Below, in pieces: positions 58,760 through 64,000 of a stretch of DNA of 64,000 nt. The notes beneath the pieces are model-generated. The model searched no databases, was not told the origin of the DNA, and worked only from the letters and a program-made list of their open reading frames with translations. The translations under genes and the position numbers were made by a program. The DNA is taken from NCBI GenBank assembly GCA_965603825.1, contig CBFDEM010000042.1, positions 7,567 to 71,566 of the forward strand. The letters are read 5' to 3'. The DNA comes from Blepharisma stoltei ATCC 30299. Lineage: Eukaryota > Protista > Ciliophora. Each line of letters begins with the position of its first letter. Positions within the stretch are counted from its first letter, which is position 1.

Positions 58760-59118
58760 AATGGAATGGGGGGATCTAATGGCTGTTTTGATTAAAAGAG
58801 ATATTCTTCCTCAAGAGCAGGCTAAGTTTATATTGCTAAGATGGTTTTAGCTGTAGAGTCAGTGCACAAATTGAACTATACCCATGAAATACCAAGATAG
58901 ATAATGTCTTTATTGCTAGAGACTGCGATATAAAATTATCTGATTTGGGCTTTGCAGATTAAGTGATATCCAGAGTGATAGTCTGTATTCAAGTTTAAGC
59001 AAGAAGCCAAAGCGAAACAGTATATGGAAAGGAGAGCAGACTATAAGAGGAACTGAGCCCTGACTTACTCAACTGTAGGCACTCCTGACTATACAGCTCC
59101 AGAAGTATTTGGAAGAGG
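58760..59118 (+). pseudogene. NDR/STK38-family kinase pseudogene fragment
   Basis: Frameshifted remnants: GDLMAVLIKRDILPQEQAKF, YIAKMVLAVESVHKLNYTH, DNVFIARDCDIKLSDLG, LTYSTVGTPDYTAPEVFG. The HRD motif is lost. Confidence 0.85.
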
Positions 59119-60284
59119 TATCCTTTATTTGAATAATAAAGTGCAGAGATTGGGTTGATTCTAATTGCATCGTTGTAATGCTTTATGGCTTCTTCATATA
59201 TCTTTTCATTAAAGAAGATAATTCCTATTCCATTGTATCCATCAGCATAATTTGGATCAATTCTGATAGCTTCTTATAAGCTTCTCTTCTCCTGCCTAAC
59301 TCTCTAAGAGCATCTCCTTTATTTTTTAAATAAATTTTAGAGTTTTGGCTGATTCTAATTGCACCTTTATTGTACTGCTTCTTCATATCTCTTTTCATTA
59401 AAGAAGATAATTCCTATGCTATTGTATGCAGATGCATAATTTGGATTTAATCTGATAGCTTCTTTCTCCTGCCTAACTCATCTAGAGCATATCCTTTATT
59501 TGAATAATAAATTGCACAGTTTGGGTTGATTCTATTTGCCTCGTTAAAATGTTGTACTGCTAATTCATATCTCTTTTCATTTTCTAAAATAATTCCTATA
59601 TTATTGTATGCATGTGTATAATTTGGATCAACTTTAATAGCTTCTTTATAGCATTCAATAGCTTCTTCTCTTCTGCCTAACTCATCTAGAGCAGCTCCTT
59701 TATTTCTATAATAAAGAGCTTCGTTTGGATTGATTCTAATTGCATCATTGTAATGTTTTATTGCATCTCCTATTCTTTTTTCTTTAAAGAAGATATCTCC
59801 TATTTCATTGTATGCAGATGCATTATTTGGATTAATTCTGATAGCTTCTTTATACTCGTTTAATGCTTGCTGTAATTTCTCCCCTTTATTCTCAAAGTTC
59901 ATATAAATGTTTTTCAATTCAAAATGCATTTCATATGGAATAACTTTGGACTTTTCTTCGAGAAAGCTCTTAATAACTGCATCAATTTGTTTTTCTATTT
60001 CAGATAATAACCCGATATTATTAGTTGATATTGCTGTAAAATGGCTTTAGCTTTTTCAACAGCTTTATTTGTCTGCAAGGCTAACAAATTTAAAGCTGGA
60101 TCATACATTATATCCGAGTGTTCTTGTGCTTGCCTGATTTTTTCGATGTAGCTGCAAATTTTTGCTGAATCAGAGTTGATTTCTTTTAAAACTTGTTTTA
60201 GGATTTTGTTATAACTAGAAAAAGTTTGAGTAATTCTGAAATATTAGAGCTACTGAACTGTGAGCAAAGGATGTGATTATATTT
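59119..60284 (-). pseudogene. Truncated, frameshifted TPR-family copy cut by the telomere
   Basis: Colinear with about 51700-52404 of the intact paralog. Lacks the start and the Cys/His domain; several indels. Confidence 0.85.
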
Positions 60285-63200
60285 AGGGTGTTAGGGTGTT
60301 AGGGTGTTAGGGTTGGTGTTAGGGTGTTAGGGTGTTAGGGTGTTAGGGTGTTAGGGTGTTAGGGTGTTAGGGTGTTAGGGTGTTAGGGTGTTAGGGTGTT
60401 AGGGTGTTAGGGTGTTAGGGTGTTAGGGTGTTAGGGTGTTAGGGTGTTAGGGTGTTAGGGTGTTAGGGTGTTAGGGTGTTAGGGTGTTAGGGTGTTAGGG
60501 TGTTAGGGTGTTAGGGTGGTGTTAGGGTGTTAGGGGTGTTAGGGTGTTAGGGTGTTAGGGTGTTAGGGTGTTAGGGTGTTAGGGTGTTAGGGTGTTAGGG
60601 TGTTAGGGTGTTAGGGTGTTAGGGTGTTAGGGTGTTAGGGTGTTAGGGTGTTAGGGTGTTAGGGTGTTAGGGTGTTAGGGTGTTAGGGTGTTAGGGTGTT
60701 AGGGTGTTAGGGTGTTAGGGTGTTAGGGTGTTAGGGTGTTAGGGTGTTAGGGTGTTTAGGGGTGTTAGGGTGTTAGGGGTGTTAGGGTGTTAGGGTGTTA
60801 GGGTGTTAGGGTGTTAGGGTGTTAGGGTGTTAGGGTGTTAGGGTGTTAGGGTGTTAGGGTGTTAGGGTGTTAGGGTGTTAGGGTGTTAGGGTGTTAGGGT
60901 GTTAGGGTGTTAGGGTGTTAGGGTGTTAGGGTGTTAGGGTGTTAGGGTGTTAGGGTGTTAGGGTGTTAGGGTGTTAGGGTGTTAGGGTGTTAGGGTGTTA
61001 GGGTGTTAGGGTGTTAGGGTGTTAGGGTGTTAGGGTGTTAGGGTGTTAGGGTGTTAGGGTGTTAGGGTGTTAGGGTGTTAGGGTGTTAGGGTGTTAGGGT
61101 GTTAGGGTGTTAGGGTGTTAGGGTGTTAGGGTGTTAGGGTGTTAGGGTGTTAGGGTGTTAGGGTGTTAGGGTGTTAGGGTGTTAGGGTGTTAGGGTGTTA
61201 GGGTGTTAGGGTGTTAGGGTGTTAGGGTGTTAGGGTGTTAGGGTGTTAGGGTGTTAGGGTGTTAGGGTGTTAGGGTGTTAGGGTGTTAGGGTGTTAGGGT
61301 GTTAGGGTGTTAGGGTGTTAGGGTGTTAGGGTGTTAGGGTGTTAGGGTGTTAGGGTGTTAGGGTGTTAGGGTGTTAGGGTGTTAGGGTGTTAGGGTGTTA
61401 GGGTGTTAGGGTGTTAGGGTGTTAGGGTGTTAGGGTGTTAGGGTGTTAGGGTGTTAGGGTGTTAGGGTGTTAGGGTGTTAGGGTGTTAGGGTGTTAGGGT
61501 GTTAGGGTGTTAGGGTGTTAGGGTGTTAGGGTGTTAGGGTGTTAGGGTGTTAGGGTGTTAGGGTGTTAGGGTGTTAGGGTGTTAGGGTGTTAGGGTGTTA
61601 GGGTGTTAGGGTGTTAGGGTGTTAGGGTGTTAGGGTGTTAGGGTGTTAGGGTGTTAGGGTGTTAGGGTGTTAGGGTGTTAGGGTGTTAGGGTGTTAGGGT
61701 GTTAGGGTGTTAGGGTGTTAGGGTGTTAGGGTGTTAGGGTGTTAGGGTGTTAGGGTGTTAGGGTGTTAGGGTGTTAGGGTGTTAGGGTGTTAGGGTGTTA
61801 GGGTGTTAGGGTGTTAGGGTGTTAGGGTGTTAGGGTGTTAGGGTGTTAGGGTGTTAGGGTGTTAGGGTGTTAGGGTGTTAGGGTGTTAGGGTGTTAGGGT
61901 GTTAGGGTGTTAGGGTGTTAGGGTGTTAGGGTGTTAGGGTGTTAGGGTGTTAGGGTGTTAGGGTGTTAGGGTGTTAGGGTGTTAGGGTGTTAGGGTGTTA
62001 GGGTGTTAGGGTGTTAGGGTGTTAGGGTGTTAGGGTGTTAGGGTGTTAGGGTGTTAGGGTGTTAGGGTGTTAGGGTGTTAGGGTGTTAGGGTGTTAGGGT
62101 GTTAGGGTGTTAGGGTGTTAGGGTGTTAGGGTGTTAGGGTGTTAGGGTGTTAGGGTGTTAGGGTGTTAGGGTGTTAGGGTGTTAGGGTGTTAGGGTGTTA
62201 GGGTGTTAGGGTGTTAGGGTGTTAGGGTGTTAGGGTGTTAGGGTGTTAGGGTGTTAGGGTGTTAGGGTGTTAGGGTGTTAGGGTGTTAGGGTGTTAGGGT
62301 GTTAGGGTGTTAGGGTGTTAGGGTGTTAGGGTGTTAGGGTGTTAGGGTGTTAGGGTGTTAGGGTGTTAGGGTGTTAGGGTGTTAGGGTGTTAGGGTGTTA
62401 GGGTGTTAGGGTGTTAGGGTGTTAGGGTGTTAGGGTGTTAGGGTGTTAGGGTGTTAGGGTGTTAGGGTGTTAGGGTGTTAGGGTGTTAGGGTGTTAGGGT
62501 GTTAGGGTGTTAGGGTGTTAGGGTGTTAGGGTGTTAGGGTGTTAGGGTGTTAGGGTGTTAGGGTGTTAGGGTGTTAGGGTGTTAGGGTGTTAGGGTGTTA
62601 GGGTGTTAGGGTGTTAGGGTGTTAGGGTGTTAGGGTGTTAGGGTGTTAGGGTGTTAGGGTGTTAGGGTGTTAGGGTGTTAGGGTGTTAGGGTGTTAGGGT
62701 GTTAGGGTGTTAGGGTGTTAGGGTGTTAGGGTGTTAGGGTGTTAGGGTGTTAGGGTGTTAGGGTGTTAGGGTGTTAGGGTGTTAGGGTGTTAGGGTGTTA
62801 GGGTGTTAGGGTGTTAGGGTGTTAGGGTGTTAGGGTGTTAGGGTGTTAGGGTGTTAGGGTGTTAGGGTGTTAGGGTGTTAGGGTGTTAGGGTGTTAGGGT
62901 GTTAGGGTGTTAGGGTGTTAGGGTGTTAGGGTGTTAGGGTGTTAGGGTGTTAGGGTGTTAGGGTGTTAGGGTGTTAGGGTGTTAGGGTGTTAGGGTGTTA
63001 GGGTGTTAGGGTGTTAGGGTGTTAGGGTGTTAGGGTGTTAGGGTGTTAGGGTGTTAGGGTGTTAGGGTGTTAGGGTGTTAGGGTGTTAGGGTGTTAGGGT
63101 GTTAGGGTGTTAGGGTGTTAGGGTGTTAGGGTGTTAGGGTGTTAGGGTGTTAGGGTGTTAGGGTGTTAGGGTGTTAGGGTGTTAGGGTGTTAGGGTGTTA

Positions 63201-64000
63201 GGGTGTTAGGGTGTTAGGGTGTTAGGGTGTTAGGGTGTTAGGGTGTTAGGGTGTTAGGGTGTTAGGGTGTTAGGGTGTTAGGGTGTTAGGGTGTTAGGGT
63301 GTTAGGGTGTTAGGGTGTTAGGGTGTTAGGGTGTTAGGGTGTTAGGGTGTTAGGGTGTTAGGGTGTTAGGGTGTTAGGGTGTTAGGGTGTTAGGGTGTTA
63401 GGGTGTTAGGGTGTTAGGGTGTTAGGGTGTTAGGGTGTTAGGGTGTTAGGGTGTTAGGGTGTTAGGGTGTTAGGGTGTTAGGGTGTTAGGGTGTTAGGGT
63501 GTTAGGGTGTTAGGGTGTTAGGGTGTTAGGGTGTTAGGGTGTTAGGGTGTTAGGGTGTTAGGGTGTTAGGGTGTTAGGGTGTTAGGGTGTTAGGGTGTTA
63601 GGGTGTTAGGGTGTTAGGGTGTTAGGGTGTTAGGGTGTTAGGGTGTTAGGGTGTTAGGGTGTTAGGGTGTTAGGAGGTGTTAGGGTGTTAGGGTGTTAGG
63701 GTGTTAGGGTGTTAGGGTGTTAGGGTGTTAGGGTGTTAGGGTGTTAGGGTGTTAGGGTGTTAGGGTGTTAGGGTGTTAGGGTGTTAGGGTGTTAGGGTGT
63801 TAGGGTGTTAGGGTGTTAGGGTGTTAGGGTGTTAGGGTGTTAGGGTGTTAGGGTGTTAGGGTGTTAGGGTGTTAGGGTGTTAGGGTGTTAGGGTGTTAGG
63901 GTGTTAGGGTGTTAGGGTGTTAGGGTGTTAGGGTGTTAGGGTGTTAGGGTGTTAGGGTGTTAGGGTGTTAGGGTGTTAGGGTGTTAGGGTGTTAGGGTGT
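60283..64000 (+). repeat. Telomeric repeat (TTAGGGTG)n / (CCCTAACA)n
   Basis: About 3.7 kb of 8-mer tandem repeat with the G-rich strand running toward the end. The unit matches the telomere known for Blepharisma. Confidence 0.97.

Noticed and set aside
48676-59929. CRISPR-like or satellite reading of the 102/204-nt periodic repeats
   Set aside because: The repeats are in-frame TPR coding units without unique spacers, and the context is eukaryotic.
60234-60267. 34-nt insertion as a retained IES
   Set aside because: Bounded by an imperfect TGAGTAA/TGAGCAA repeat rather than matching TA ends, and it lies in a decaying pseudogene. Cannot be supported without germline data.

Overview
Gene-dense, AT-rich eukaryotic chromosome end from a heterotrich ciliate macronuclear genome, most likely Blepharisma. 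Three features support this: UGA is read as Trp (TAA/TAG are the stops), introns are 15-16 nt, and the window ends in more than 3.7 kb of (TTAGGGTG)n = (CCCTAACA)n telomere. The supplied standard-code ORF track therefore splits many genes. Bases 1-46 kb hold about 27 genes: Aurora-like kinase, TGL/SDP1-type patatin lipase, CKS1, Rab, CUE protein, Ssn6/Cyc8-like TPR protein, zf-C2HC protein, CFAP69-like protein, cNMP-binding protein, centrin, RPS28, PPIL4, HSP10 and three tandem ABCC/MRP transporters, plus one normal tRNA-Leu(CAG). Bases 46.5-60.3 kb are a rearranged subtelomere with a family of Cys/His-domain + coiled-coil + TPR-array genes, duplicated gene remnants and an NDR-kinase pseudogene. 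The telomere is joined inside the last TPR copy. The most unusual signals are: (1) three Pol III tRNA-like genes with one shared acceptor stem and C73 but unrelated, enlarged anticodon loops, one showing UCA; (2) a Rab whose prenylated C-terminus needs a non-canonical 16-nt intron; (3) TPR arrays that vary mainly at ligand-binding positions.
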